Shown here: in pieces, positions 35,432 to 48,287 of the stretch
How the letters are laid out: the number at the start of each line of letters is the position of its first letter
Position numbering within the stretch: position 1 is the stretch's first letter
Source: Gekko japonicus
Lineage: Eukaryota
Assembly: GCF_001447785.1 (NCBI RefSeq)
Contig: NW_015165305.1
Coordinates: forward strand, 274,415-338,414
Direction of reading: 5' to 3'
DNA length: 64,000 nt
The notes under the pieces: generated by a model
Seen by the model: the letters and a program-made list of their open reading frames with translations, nothing else
Databases searched by the model: none
What the model was told of the DNA's origin: nothing
Made by a program: the position numbers and the translations under genes

Positions 35432-36813
35432 CTGTTACAACACTGGATGCCAACTTTACCACTGATCCTGCAGACCAATAAGCTGTTCAAAGCAACCCTA
35501 ATTAAGTAGCACGAGGAAAACAAAATAGGATGATGTGAGGAAATGGTACAACCCCCCCCCCCCAAAAAAATCAAGTTCTAATAAGCAATGTTGCTCCCTG
35601 CCAACCAAGGAATGCTGAATTAGTTAAGCAGCTATCGATGTGTGTAAGTCAAGTTCACAAAAGTGCTCTTTGCTGCTTTTAGATTCAGGCGGCCACTCTA
35701 TTTCCTAACCTCTTGCCTTTGCAGCCCACAACCTCCGCCACCTTATGTCACTATTCTACCCGCCTCCCCCTAGGCACACTGAGATCAAGTGGACTGTACA
35801 AATAACGAGGGTTCATTGTGTCCTTGTGCTTGATAGAATTTTTGTATTTCCCACACACACTGTCTTTGAATGTTCCAGTGTATACGATTAGTATGGCAAT
35901 GGCATGCATATGAAAAGCCCAGGCCAGGAGAGAAAGTTTGTTTCACAAAAGAGGGCCATCAACGGGCCAGACGTCTTGGCTCCTTCCTCTTCCAGACTGA
36001 CCTCCATCCCCACCCAGTTACAATGGTCACTTTCCCAAATGCATGCAGACTATGTATCCACAGTTCTTAATTTTTAAAACCATATGCATACAAAAATTGC
36101 GACTTTAAAAAATTCCAATCCCTGGTTAGAGATTTATGAATATGAATCTTTTTAAAAAATCAATGTACAATGAGTTTTAAAACTCTAGTGCTATAACAAC
36201 AGACGGGATCTATACCTTTTTAACAGAACTGTTTCTGCCTGTCATGCAACTGGGAAATGCATACAGAGGGTTTTTTTGTTTTTAAAGGTGTTATGTGGTA
36301 AGTATGACAAAAGAACACACCTTTGAACTCCACATAAATCAAACCAGAACATAAACACCTCATCTGGCTGTACAGTCACAATTATTAACACTGATTTTAA
36401 CCTCCACTTTTTGCACAATAAGTGCACATGCAAAGGTGGGGTGCAAAATCCTGCTCTTTAAACACCCAAATTATGATTTGCAGGAGAAGAGCATTAAGGG
36501 ATAAAGAAACCACATGAAAAGATGCATTCAGAGTAAATACACTTAGAAGCAAGTCCCATGGTATTCAGCGGAACTTAATTGTTCGCATGTACACTTACCT
36601 CCCCACCCCCCAGCAATTAAGTGTTGAGTAGGAATCCTGTGTGCCAAAAGTGTTTAATCTACAGGTACAGCATATCACAGTGAGTGAGGAAAAGCAACAC
36701 TGTGCAAAAACTTGCCCTGCAAAGTTCTTGTCGTACCAAAGGCACAGGATGCCCAGCAAAACATTCCCTTGTGTCCAGAATGAGGCACTCTGCAAGAGTG
36801 GAGGAGCTAAGAT

Positions 36814-37056
36814 TTTGTTGTTGTTGTTGTTCAGTCGCACAGTCGAGTCTGACTCTTTGCGACCCCATGGACCAGATCCCGCCAGGCCTTCCTGTCTTCC
36901 GCCGTCCTCTGAAGTTTGCTCAACTTCATGTTCGTTGCATCTATGACACTGTCTAACCATCTCATCCTTTGCCGTCCCCGTCTTCTTTGACCTTCAATCT
37001 TTCCCAGCAACTTCTCCAGTGAGTGCTCCCTTCTCATTTGGTGGCCAAAGTTTGGT
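36814..37056 (-). mobile_element. BovB (RTE) LINE 3' fragment
   Basis: LEK..LLGKIEGQRRRGRQRMRWLD; (CAA)n tail; TSD ggagctaagat at 36803-36813 and 37057-37067. Confidence 0.93.
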
Positions 37057-37109
37057 GGAGCTAAGATGGATTTATTTAAATCGTAATTCCCACTGCTGTC
37101 ATACTACTT

Positions 37110-37300
37110 GCCCTGACCTGGATAGCCCAGGCTAGCTCGATCTCATCAGATCCTGAAAGCTAAGCAAGGCCCTGGCTAGTATTTGGATGGGAGACCTCCA
37201 AGGAACACCAAGGGTGTGATGCAGAGGCTGGCAAGTGGCAATGGCAAACCATCTCTGAAGGTCTCTTGCCTTGAAAACGCTGTGACTTGATGGCACTTCC
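37110..37300 (+). mobile_element. 5S-derived SINE3
   Basis: 5S box A/C-like sequence followed by an RTE-like tail gacttgatggcac. Confidence 0.85.
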
Positions 37301-37303
37301 CGC

Positions 37304-37509
37304 CAATGCTCCCTCTAAGCTGTGGAGTCTTGTGAGCAGAAATTCTACTTGGTGAGCGACTGGCATTCAAGTTGTGAGCTAGCCATTTGGCTACTGCATA
37401 AATTAGTTTGCTCTGGAGCCGTCCCTCCTGAGCTGAGACAAAAATGTGTGAGCCAGAGGCTAAAAAACTGTGAGCTAGCTCACACTAACTCAGCTTAGAG
37501 GGAACACTG
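37304..37509. mobile_element. hAT MITE family A, copy 3
   Basis: Same TIRs; TSD cttcccgc/cttcccac. Confidence 0.92.
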
Positions 37510-38476
37510 CTTCCCACCACGTCATATTACTTAAGCCAGAGTAACTGGGTAATGCACTCACTACAATATGTTAGAGCCAGTGTGGTGTAGTGGTCCATAT
37601 CAGACTAGGACGAGAGGCAAGTTTGAATCCAGGCTCTGCTGTGGAAGCTTGCTAGGTGATCTTGGGCCAGTCACACACACGCAGCTTAACCTACCTCATA
37701 GGATTGTTGTGAGAATAAAATGGGGAAAGGGGAGAAAGTTGTAAGCCAATTTGGGAAGCCAACAACAAAATGGTTTACAGTTAAACAGAGCACGGCTGCC
37801 ATCCGCGATAATACATTTAGTGTAATTACCCTATCTAATACAAAACTTGACCTTCTAACTCATATCAGAAATCACTGCTTATTTCATGGATAAATTTGTT
37901 CATTATGTGCACTGAATGGCACCACAGTGTCAAACCACAAAGTTAGACATAAAAATAGAAATGACCCAGGTTGGCAGAGTGGACTATCTTCCTTAGTGAC
38001 AATGAGGGACATCTCGTGGATCCTGGTGCCTATGATCACTTGCCATTCCCCTGCTCATAGGATCAAGCTCATAAAAATAACACACTAGAGGACCAGTTTC
38101 AGCTAGACTCGTAATGCTTTACCTCAAAAGGCTTTTTTCTTGGGTGCTTTATATATATAAAAAGACACTCTGACTCCATGCATCTGACTGAGGGTCACCA
38201 GTTCAGTTTTAAGAGATTGTGAATGTAGGTTTATTTATTGTTATTATTTATCATTTGGCAGTGTGTCGTGAAGCCAGGAGATCCTAAGACTGTCTGGCAA
38301 CCAGAAGTTTCAAGTCTCTAGTTTTATACACCACTAGTTGGCGATCTAGACTTGCTTTTTAGGTCTCTCACCACATCATATTACTTAAGCCAGAGTAACT
38401 GGGTAATGCACTCACTACAATATGTTAGAGCCAGTGTCATGTAGTGGTCCATATCAGACTAGGATGAGATGCACGG

Positions 38477-38586
38477 CCCTGGTGTTCCTTGGAGGTCGCC
38501 CTTCCAAGTACTTGCCATGGCTGACCCTGTTTAACTTCCGAGCTCTGACGGGATCGGGCTAGCCTGGGCCATCCAGGTCAGGGCAG
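38477..38586 (-). mobile_element. 5S-derived SINE3, head only
   Basis: Reverse complement ccctgacctggatggcccaggctagcccgatcccgtcagagctcggaag... Confidence 0.8.
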
Positions 38587-39879
38587 TAAAATTAAATTCA
38601 ATTTAATTTTAACCAAGCTATTTTAAGTTAGAAAAAATATTCAGAAGACAAACAAAAAGTCAAAACCCGTTTTTAGGAAGCCCTGTTTTCAATTCCTTCC
38701 TAATAATTCATTTTAATCCACTTACCAGAGCCACACTCTTTATAAAATAATAACCATTATGAAGCGCTTAAAGCAGTCATGAAACTGTGTTTGCCTTTGA
38801 GTGTTCCAGAACTAAAGCCTAGTTTGAGCTCTGAGTGGAACTACAAGCGAACCTTAAAGGTACCCATTAAAAGCATCATAAAGGAGAGCTGAGAGTTTTA
38901 TTACAACTAATAAAAACGGGGCCCATCAGTTAGCAAATGGTACTTCTATACGGCAAGCCACTATCGGTCAAGCTTCAGTTGCCTTTTGTAATATGGGAAC
39001 CACATTCAAGCAATATTGCTAGCATCATAGGAGCAAACACAGTAACAGATCCTAACGCACTTGGCAATGTACAAAACCAACAGCAAAACAAAGATTCCTC
39101 CATCACACTTTTTTCTTACTTTACTTCCTTATGCGTCTTGTCTACATATCACATGGTAAATAACATGCCTCACTTCAACCACTGCTAGATCAGGATTTAG
39201 AAAGAAAGGAACAGAAAAAATAGTTACTGTATTGGGCACCAAGGAAAAACAGTCCCCCTCAGATAGTCATACTTACTCTGAAAAAGGGTGCAGTATGGTG
39301 TAAAGCTCTGTACCTTTACAGAAAAGGAAACAGGCAGGAACACTAGAACATGATTTTGCAGTATCTGCTGAAACCCTCAATCCATACCTCATCTCACAGG
39401 TAATCTGCTGAAACCCTCAATCCATACCTCAACACCTCTCAGGAACAACATGTTAACTGTGGGAAGAGCTCTATATGGCTCAAGCAAGTGAGCCAAGTCA
39501 TGTGTCATTACGATTTGGCCTACTTGAAAGTGAAGCGCCTTGAAATTTGGACTCTTAAAAAGAAATACCCAGGTCAGTAGGCAGTCTGACCCAAAACAAA
39601 TAAGGGCTCCTATACCTTTGAAAGGTGCATAGAAAAGAGAATTCTGGTAAGAACAGCTTGCCATACAGGTGTGAGAAAGATGTACTAGCCAGATATTCCC
39701 TTTTGGACAAACTTTATGCACACTGTATCCCCAATCACACTCGCTTGGAGTAAGCCATCCTTTAATTCTGAAGTTGTGTTTCCCATGCTCAAGTCGACTC
39801 CCATCAATTAACGTAGCTGGCTGGCTAGTGTGTGGATACACTTTTATATACTGCTCCTACAGGTGCATAGGGTTTCATT

Positions 39880-41080
39880 CCATTCTCTTGACTCGTGAAA
39901 TCGGATCCTACGCATCTTCGCTCAAAAGTAAGTCTCACCCAGTTCAAACGGGCTTACCGGCAAACATGCCGTAGGATTGCAATGCCATTAGCCTCGGTAA
40001 CCAGTGAAGGAAGCTTGGTTCCCCCCTTCGCTTAACGCCGGGTTATAACACAAACCGCTGAGCAGCATTTCCAAACTCCCCCTTTACAGTTAAAAATAAA
40101 CAGTACCTCCTAAACGCCTCCTGCTAACCATTTTAAAACTGGTCTGGCAGGGTCTGCCCCCCCCGAAAGTCCAGCACTCAAGCAATGGGCTTTTTAAAAA
40201 AGCAATATCCATTCCATCCCATCCCCCCCCTCCCCAAAACATTTCCAGGCTACACAGCATTCTTCGTCATGCCACGGATGAACTGCCCAGTTCTATGCTC
40301 TACCGCTGCGCAAAGCAAACAGGGGAAAGGAATAGGTACAATACTTCCCGTCCCACCGTCCCACCCCCGGTGTAATAAAACACTCGGGATATTTGGATTG
40401 ATCCAGCAGCTTCGGACGGTAGAACGATACCTTTGGTGAGCCCCCGGGCTGATCGTAAGTTCTGCCCAGCGGCATGCACTTGGCACCGGGTGGGTAAAGG
40501 ACAGAACACTGAGCTGTGCTTCACGATCCTGCAACTTCAGCCAAGGCCAATGTTCCTGCGGGCTTATTCTCCTTGACCTAGCCTGGAGCTTCAGCCGGCG
40601 GTTAATTTCCAAAATAAAGAGGTGCCGGGGCTTGCGCCTGCCCGGAAACCACATCCCTCTGACCTGGGAAGTCCTTCCCCCTGGTGATCCCAGAGATGTG
40701 GGAATTGGCTGTGCTTTATGCACTGGCGTTGGAGTGGCACTCTGCTCATGCTCAGGAACCCTTCCTTCTTGACTACTCTTTCGTCTGCTCCGACTGTTGA
40801 GGTCCCCCCGGGTTGTTGTTGTTTTTTTTAAAAAAGGTTCGAGATCCTCCGCTCTGATTCAAACCCGGCTTAGTTTTATCTGAACCAGATGAGGAAGGGT
40901 TAAATGGGTTGAGCCCTCTGGGTCCTAGAGCCGCCCAGATTGTGCTAGTGGCAGGAAGTTTGTCTTCTCACGACCGATCTGGGGAGCAGGGAGCTTTTCG
41001 GGGTGCACTTGTGGGGCCAGGGAAAGAAAGAAAAGGTCTTGGACTCAGAAGAACCACCAGAGCAAATAAGCGATAGTGTT
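39880..41080. promoter_or_regulatory. CpG island between the divergent SCAN-ZNF genes; probable bidirectional promoter
   Basis: The largest non-repeat CpG-rich block between the genes; candidate donors CCG|gtaag (minus, about 39958) and TTG|gtgag (plus, about 40435); ETS motifs ccggaa and caggaagt. Confidence 0.6.
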
Positions 41081-43135
41081 GCCTGTANNNNNNNNNNAAA
41101 GACTGGGAACTAACTGCTGTAAATCTTTCTGCCCGCTTTTTGCCTGTTTGCTCGGGGTATGCCCCAGTGAGTCAAGGAAACTTACTTCGAGGTAAGTGAT
41201 CATAAAATTGCAGCATGAAGCTTACCTAAAAAGAGCTCAAAAAGAGATCCTCGGGGCAACTCCCCGATAGCCTGGTTTTAGGCATTTTCCCTCGGAAATA
41301 AGTTACTGCAGTCCTGTGCACATTTATCTGGGGAGTAACTCTCTGAAACTAATTTCGGAGGAAATGTCCCAAGAGTGGGAGATTAGAGAATTGAACCCGA
41401 CTACCTTTTTGCCTATGCACCAAGCTTGTATTTGAATAATGGAATTTATCACCAACTGGTGCTTCTCACTTTTGGATCTAGAATGGATCCCCCCCCACAC
41501 ACTTTATTTAAATAGAATGGATTTCAGAAAGTGCAAATTCTGCCGTTCTGAGAGCACCGTTTCCTGAGCTGAATAATTTTTGCCTTGACAGTGTTTAAAA
41601 GTGCCAGAAAGACTTCTCAAATGGGCTCCTCAGGCTTAAATAATAACTTGGTGTGCAGTCATTAAGAGAAGATAATGTTTCATCTCCCTGAAGTGAAAAA
41701 CTTCATATGCTGCTTGCTATAGATCGAATGACTATAAAAAGAGGGAAAAATGACTGGAATGTACTAATATTAATAACATTAATAATATTTCTGTTCAGCT
41801 GGCGTCCAGGGTTCAGATCTGCAAAATTGCCATTCAGTTTTTGTCAGTCTTGCTGAAAGTGATGATTATTTACTTCAAAACTTTGCAGCTTCTATTTTTG
41901 GCTCAGATTAAACTGCCTGCTTGCTCTTTCAGATGTCAGTTTCCCAGTCCACTGTGAGTTTCCCCCATCTAAATCCTGCAATCCCTGTTTTCTATAGTAA
42001 CTGTAAACATGTATCCTATAATTTTGTGATCTATGCAGTGCTTAGCATGTTTCTGATACAGTTTGTTAGTGTGCAAGCTTCAGAATTACACAGAATTCTT
42101 CACCAATGGATTAATATTTGTCTATAATCCAGAATTCTGTCACAGCAGTATGAAATGCTTCAGAAGATAGCAGACATGTGATGCCCTTGTCTAAAAACAT
42201 GTTTTCTAAACAGTAGGGAAATATACCTATTCTATACGACCAAAAGTACTGATTTTTGTTCAAATTATCAACTTTGTCTTGCTTGTTTTTCAAAGGTATT
42301 TTTTCCCTGTTGTGTTCTGTTGTGTTTCCCCCATTTTATCATCACATGAATATGTGTGAGGTAGGTTACAGTAAGAGATAATGACTGCCCAAACCGGACC
42401 CCCCAAGTAAGCATCACAGTTGAGCAAGGACTTAAATTCTCATTTTACTCCAACATTCTTCTGGTACGCAATACTGGCTGTCCCAAATCTCCCAACAACA
42501 AAAATAGACCTCTCGGATTGGATATCTATTGATGTGAGAGGGGGAAATTAAATCACCTATGAAGATTTCAGAGCCTCCCCCCCTCCAGCCATAAGTGTAG
42601 GTGGGATATTAGAAAGAACAAGATTTTTAGTAAAAATTTTCAGGCCAGGGTAGTGTCTAGGGCTGGGCTCCTTTGTCTTACTTGAGATTTAAGTTTGAAG
42701 CTGAGGAGGAATTTTTCCTCCAGGGCAAAGTAGTAAACAGCTCTGCTATTTTTTTTAAATCTCCCCACATACAGCATATTAAGTGACTCAGTGTTGGTTG
42801 TTATTACTAAATGCTCGTCCATTTGGCAGGAAGCTTGTTGGTCCAAGTAGTTCTGGGCTAGTCAGTGTGGTTTTCCAGAGGAAAAGAGGTGGGAGGTGGC
42901 CTGAGGGGGTTCCTGCCTTCTCCATTCTTTTGTGAATCCAGGTCTCTTTTTTGCCTCAGTTCTCCATTTGTAAAACAGGAAACGAAGATCTGCCTAATAC
43001 TTTAATTGGCAAGATGAATGATGGAGGAAAAACGTTTTAGACATTGGAAAATGTGCTGTTTAAGTAGTGTGTAGTAGCAGAGGGAAACTGGAGCCTGATT
43101 CAAATCCCCTGCTTGGAAGCCCTTGGCATGGCATT

Positions 43136-43375
43136 TAGCGTTGCTAGGTCCTCCCTGGCCAATGGCAGGGGATGGGGGAGTGGGGTTGCAAGATCCAGGT
43201 CTGGAAACTCCTGGAGATTTGGGGGCAGAGCCTGGTGAGGACAGGGGCCTCAGTGGGGGACAGTGCCATAGGGTCCATCCTTCAAAGCATCAAGTCTCTC
43301 CAGGGGAATTGATCTCTGTAGACGAGTTGTAATTGCAGGAGACCTCAGGTCCCACCTGGAGGCTGGCATCCCCTT
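43136..43375. mobile_element. Non-autonomous element with agggttgcca...tggcaaccct-like termini
   Basis: Related fragments at about 35060-35103, 23480-23550 and 63902-64000. Superfamily not assigned. Confidence 0.65.
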
Positions 43376-44677
43376 CCATACTCGTCACTTGATCTGCCTG
43401 CAAGGTGAACATTGTCATTGTTTTGAAAGAAGGGTGCAGTGCAAGTGTAATAAATAATATATTCCGGTACAACACGGGATCTCAAACATTTTGAAGTAGG
43501 ACTTGCTTCTAAATTTACACTACTTTTGGGGATCTACGTGCAAAATAATTCCAACAATGCTTACCTCCTCCCCAAAATAAAACACAAGATGCTCACATCA
43601 GTTAATACAGAAAATAATTGATATTTTATGTTTTATTGTTCTAGTATTTATGCATATATAGCGTTATTGAGTGACAGGCTGTGGCCTTTTTGCATCTTAT
43701 ATGCACAGGCAACCCCATGTTTAAATATTTATGACACTGCTTTTCTCCCCATGGGGACCCAAAGGACATACAACATCATTCTCTCCTCCTCCATCTTATC
43801 TTCACAGTAATAGCCCTGTGAGGTAGATTAGGCTGAGATTTAATGGTCCAAGGCCACCCAGTGAGCTTCCATGGCAAAGTGGGAATTCGAACCTGGGTCT
43901 CCCAGACTACAAGTGGTCACTTTTGCCATGCTGTCAGTGAGCTTCCCAGAGCCCCCTCTCCTAGTTCACCCCATTCTCCCTTCTCCTTCCATCACTTCTT
44001 GGGCTTTGGGCTAAGATCAACTGCAGTACCTTCTCTTTCCTAGCCTTGAGATCCATGTGTGAAGAGAGTCACTCACAACCCAGATTTGGGTTCTGAACCG
44101 TGTTTCGACAACTATTGTTGGATGCTGTTACCCACCCTATGTCTTGGAGAGGGGGATTAGAGAAGGATAACATCCTCACAGTAACTTGGGATTGATTAAT
44201 ACTACTCAAGACCTGTAGGTCAGATGGGTAGAGAGAGAAAGAAAAGTATACTGAGCAGAAAGGAGGTCTTTGATTGTGTTATAGTGTTGAGGTGTAGAAT
44301 GCAGGAGCTGCAGTTGCTGGAATTCTTAGAAGCCCAGCCCTGCATTGATTCTGGTAACTACATTTGAGGCCAAATTGTTATGTTTATAATAATGCTGTTG
44401 AAGGGGTGAGTGTTTGTGTGTGTGAAAGGGAATATTTCCTTATATGTTCTCATGCTTGTTTCCATTTCTGTATCTAAGGGAGAAGCCAGGGGGCTTAAGC
44501 AGAAAAACAGCTGTCTTTGAAGCAACGTGTCCTCACAGGCCTGCCACAGGAACCGTTAAATGTGTTGGATTGAATGGCTTGCATTTGAGCTTCAGGGTCA
44601 GGAGTTCCCAGCATTGTCTCACCCATCACACAGCAGACGAGGTGGATCCTGGTGTGAAATCACAGATAAGGAGAACA

Positions 44678-45477
44678 ATGACTGCAAACCAAGGAACAGC
44701 AAAACTCTTAAGTCTTCAGAGTCAGACTCTGCTTGAACGGGGCTTACCACCAGTGGTGAAAGTGGAAGAACAGGACCCATCAGACTCACTGCCAGAGGAG
44801 GACCTGAAGGGTGCAGGAAAATCCCCTTTTATTATCCAGATGGGGACATCCGAAGAGCTTCTGAGATGGGCGGCGTTGCCACAATCCAGGACTCAACGCC
44901 AGGAGGCACAAGGGAGCTGGGAAGTCCAGTGGCAGGAAAAAGTTGCTGCTGAAGTCACATCAGCCTTCTCTCCTGCATGGGGCAACCTCCAGGTGCCACA
45001 ACTCACACTGGCAGATGATATTGAGGTCTACCTGTCCACTTTTGAACGTGTGGCTCATGCCTGCCAGTGGCCAAGAGAGCAATGGGCAGTCCGACTTGTG
45101 CCTGCCCTCAGTGGGGCAGCCCGAGAGGCCTACCGTTGCCTCAGCTCCAGAGACAGGAAAGATTACGGGAAGGTGAAGGCCGCCATCTTGTGCTGCTGTG
45201 ATATTGGTAGCGAGATTCGACGGCAGCGCTTCAGGCAGTTTGGTCTCCAGGAGGCTGAGGGGCCCCGCCAGGCTTGGGGATGCTTGCACAAACTTTGTCA
45301 TCAGTGGCTGAAGCCCGAGATCCGTTCTAAGGAGCAAATTTTGGAACTGTTGATCCTGGAGCAATTCCTGAACATCTTGCCAGAGGAAGTACGAACCTGG
45401 GTTTGGGAATGTCATCCAGAGACCTGCGCCCAGGCTGTGGCCCTGGTGGAAGAATTTACCCTCAGGCAGCAAGAGGC
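44678..45477 (+). CDS. SCAN-ZNF gene 2, first coding exon with extended SCAN domain (3' end lies in a gap)
   Basis: Likely start MTANQG at 44678; [23 protein letters not shown]...[10 protein letters not shown]...RQRFRQF...[16 protein letters not shown]; N gap at 45478-45537. Confidence 0.92.
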
Positions 45478-45938
45478 NNNNNNNNNNNNNNNNNNNNNNN
45501 NNNNNNNNNNNNNNNNNNNNNNNNNNNNNNNNNNNNNTTGAAAGGAAGGAAACTTTACTCCTGGAAATGGCACACAACTCCCACGGATTCACTTCTGTCA
45601 ATGAGAGCTGCCCTTTTTATTTTGTATCTCATTTGTTTTCCCCCATACAAACAGAGAGGTAGGAGGCTGTTTAATTTCCCTTGTGTGACAGAAACATGGA
45701 TTCTATCCATATTCTCTTTTTCTGTACCTTAGTTCACTCATTGGCTTATATCTGGAAGCAAGTAGTGGAGCTTCATTATAAGGGAACAGCCCTGTCAAAG
45801 CTTCTGCTGTAACTGATGCCTCTGCCCACATGACATCTGCTATGACTTCACAATGAAATGGCCAAGTGTTTCCAAACATAACTAGCATGTTCACAGAATG
45901 CAGGCTACAAGCGATCTATGCAGGTGTGTAGAGGGATC

Positions 45939-46232
45939 ACCTGGACCGATTTCCCACAGCCGCTGCTCTGCGCTCGCTCCTCTCTTTGCCCCGATGGTAC
46001 GTGTCAGTTTCCCCCTCGAAGCCACGTGGCCACATTTTGACCCGTGGCTTCACCCGATTTCCCCCACGGTCTTGTGATCCTGATTTTTGAGGATTACGAA
46101 ACTGCGGGCAAAATCGGGCAAAGCCGCGGGTCAAAATGCGGCCGCACGGCTTCAAGTGGGAAATTGACATGTACCATCGGGGCAAAGACAGGAGCGAGCA
46201 CAGAGCAGCGGCTGTGGGAAATAGGTCCAGGT
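45939..46232. mobile_element. 294-bp foldback (whole-length palindrome) MITE, probably PIF/Harbinger
   Basis: Arms of about 143 bp pair end to end; flanks cac-CTG|...|CAG-gt resemble the Harbinger CWG target. Confidence 0.75.
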
Positions 46233-47074
46233 ATCTTCCTAAGGCAGGAAGAGCTCAGGTATGTACCATGCAAAGAGGCAGGTATCTTTCCTCACAAAAC
46301 AATGTGGCCCTTCTTTCAGGTTCTGTTCCAGGGAACCTTGGCAGATTATCTAGGGCTCCTTGAGTGGAAAATCAGCAATGGCAGATAAGCTACACTGAAA
46401 GACTGCTTTCCTTAGTACTTGTAAACCTCCCCTGAAATGCGCAGTCACATGGCAATACAAGGTGAATTATGGGAAGCACTGATTTCACTCGAGGGTAACC
46501 ATGAAATCCTGTAGGCCTAGTCAGCTCTCCATGTGAGCTTTAAATTATGCCCAGAGGAGCTCTGTGGGAACCACTCGGGGGAAGCTTGATAGACTGCTTA
46601 AAGTGGAAATGGTTCTCTGATGGTAGGATTTTCAAAAACAGTTATTCTAGGTCACGTTGGAGGGCCACTTCTATGAATGGCGTCTCCCATGCCAGTAACG
46701 TACTCCACCCACACTGCATGGACTCAAAGCACTCTGACTGTGTGTGTTATTGGAACGAGAAACACTGAAATGTTACTTCCAATATCTTTAACTTAGAACC
46801 ACTTCAGGACAGCTGGCAATGAAGATTCTCAGGCAGAGGAGAACCCTCGAGTTGTTTTCTCACCAGTGGCTAGGGACCTTTGAATGGAAACCCCTAGAGA
46901 TAGGTTTGATGGTTCCATGTCAGGCATAGAGTTATCTGGGGTGGTTTGTTGTCAGATATCCTGTGGTACAGAGCATTTTTTTTTTGTGGGGGAGAGGACA
47001 TTAATGAAGAGCCTCCCATCTCACCCCAGATGTCCCATTCCAGCTTGGGCATTATATGTTTGGTTCAATCTCAG

Positions 47075-47255
47075 GTAACTGTTTCCATGAAGATGGAGGA
47101 AGTGACCTCTGATGAGGAGATGACATCCCCTGCCTCATTGTGGGACATTGCTGGCTCTCAGTCCTACCCTACATGCCACTCACAGGAGGCAGCCGGATGG
47201 AATGAAGCCCAGTATGAGCTCAGGAGAGAACAGGCTCAGCCTCCACAGGAGATCG
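47075..47255 (+). CDS. SCAN-ZNF gene 2, linker exon VTVSMKMEEVTS...PPQEI
   Basis: ttcaatctcag|GTA...ATC G|gtaat; 181 nt, phase 0-1, compatible with the neighbouring exons. Confidence 0.75.
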
Positions 47256-47699
47256 GTAATTTTATTTATTTTATTTATATCCTGCTTTTCTCCCTCTTGG
47301 GAACTATCTAATCCTCCTCCCTTCTTCTTCTCCCCCCCCCTTCTTAGACCGGGGTCTTGAGCAATAAAACTGGGAAACTTAAATAAAACCCATGTCTAAA
47401 AACAGCTCCCTTCAGCACTTTTCTGCAGCCTCTAGAAATTGAGCGACAAATCTTCCCTCTTCTGCTCTATCCTCGCGTCAACAACAGTGCTGTGAGGTCG
47501 ATTAGGCTGAGAGGTTGTGACATACCTGGCGAGCTTCTGTGACAGAGTGGGGATTCTATCCTGATTGTATCACATCCTTTTCTGACACTCTAACCCCTAC
47601 GCCAGGCCAATGTGGTCTGTGTAATCCTTGTATTAGACCAAGGTCTGTGTCCAAAGATCACGGGGGTTACCTTACTGCTATCTTCTGGCTTAAGCCCAA

Positions 47700-47977
47700 G
47701 AAGAAGAGGAGAAGAAGAGATTGGATTTATACCCTGCCCTTCACTCCGAGTCTCAGAGCGGCTTACAAACTCCTTTCCCTTCCCCTCCCCACAACAGACA
47801 CCCTGTGAGGTAGGTGGGGCTGAGAGATCTCTTTCCAGAACTGCCCTTGAGAGAACAGCTCTGACAGAACTATGGCTTGCCCAAGGTAATCCAGCAGCTG
47901 CAAGTGGAGGAGTGGGGAATCAAACCCGGTTCTCCCAGATTAGAGTCCGCGCACTTAACCACTACACCAAACTGGCT
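47700..47977 (-). mobile_element. Squam3-like SINE, full length
   Basis: Highly similar to 21397-21678. Confidence 0.9.
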
Positions 47978-48287
47978 CAAGTTTGTGTGCCTTGGTAAAT
48001 GCTTCATCTCTCACACACCTGTGATGGAGCAAAACTAAATTTGTTTATGCAAGTAAAAGGAAGGAGAAATAGCATACAAAACTGGCTGGGTCTTTTTTCA
48101 AACATGTAGAAGCGTCTACAGGTAGAAGGAGCTTTACTGACAAGTTTAAGTATGCATCAGAAAAACCTCTGGACAGTTCTTCTGGAGTGGTTGTCCTGGG
48201 TACCCCAGTTCTGGTGAAACTCTCAAGATGAGAACATCAATGGGGGGGGGGATGCAGCTCATCTGGCCCATGGGCCTTGCTCTGGAG

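Noticed and set aside
41160-41200. Strong donor GAG|gtaagt as exon 1 of gene 2
   Set aside because: It lies within a common short palindromic repeat (acttac...gtaagt), so it is not diagnostic.
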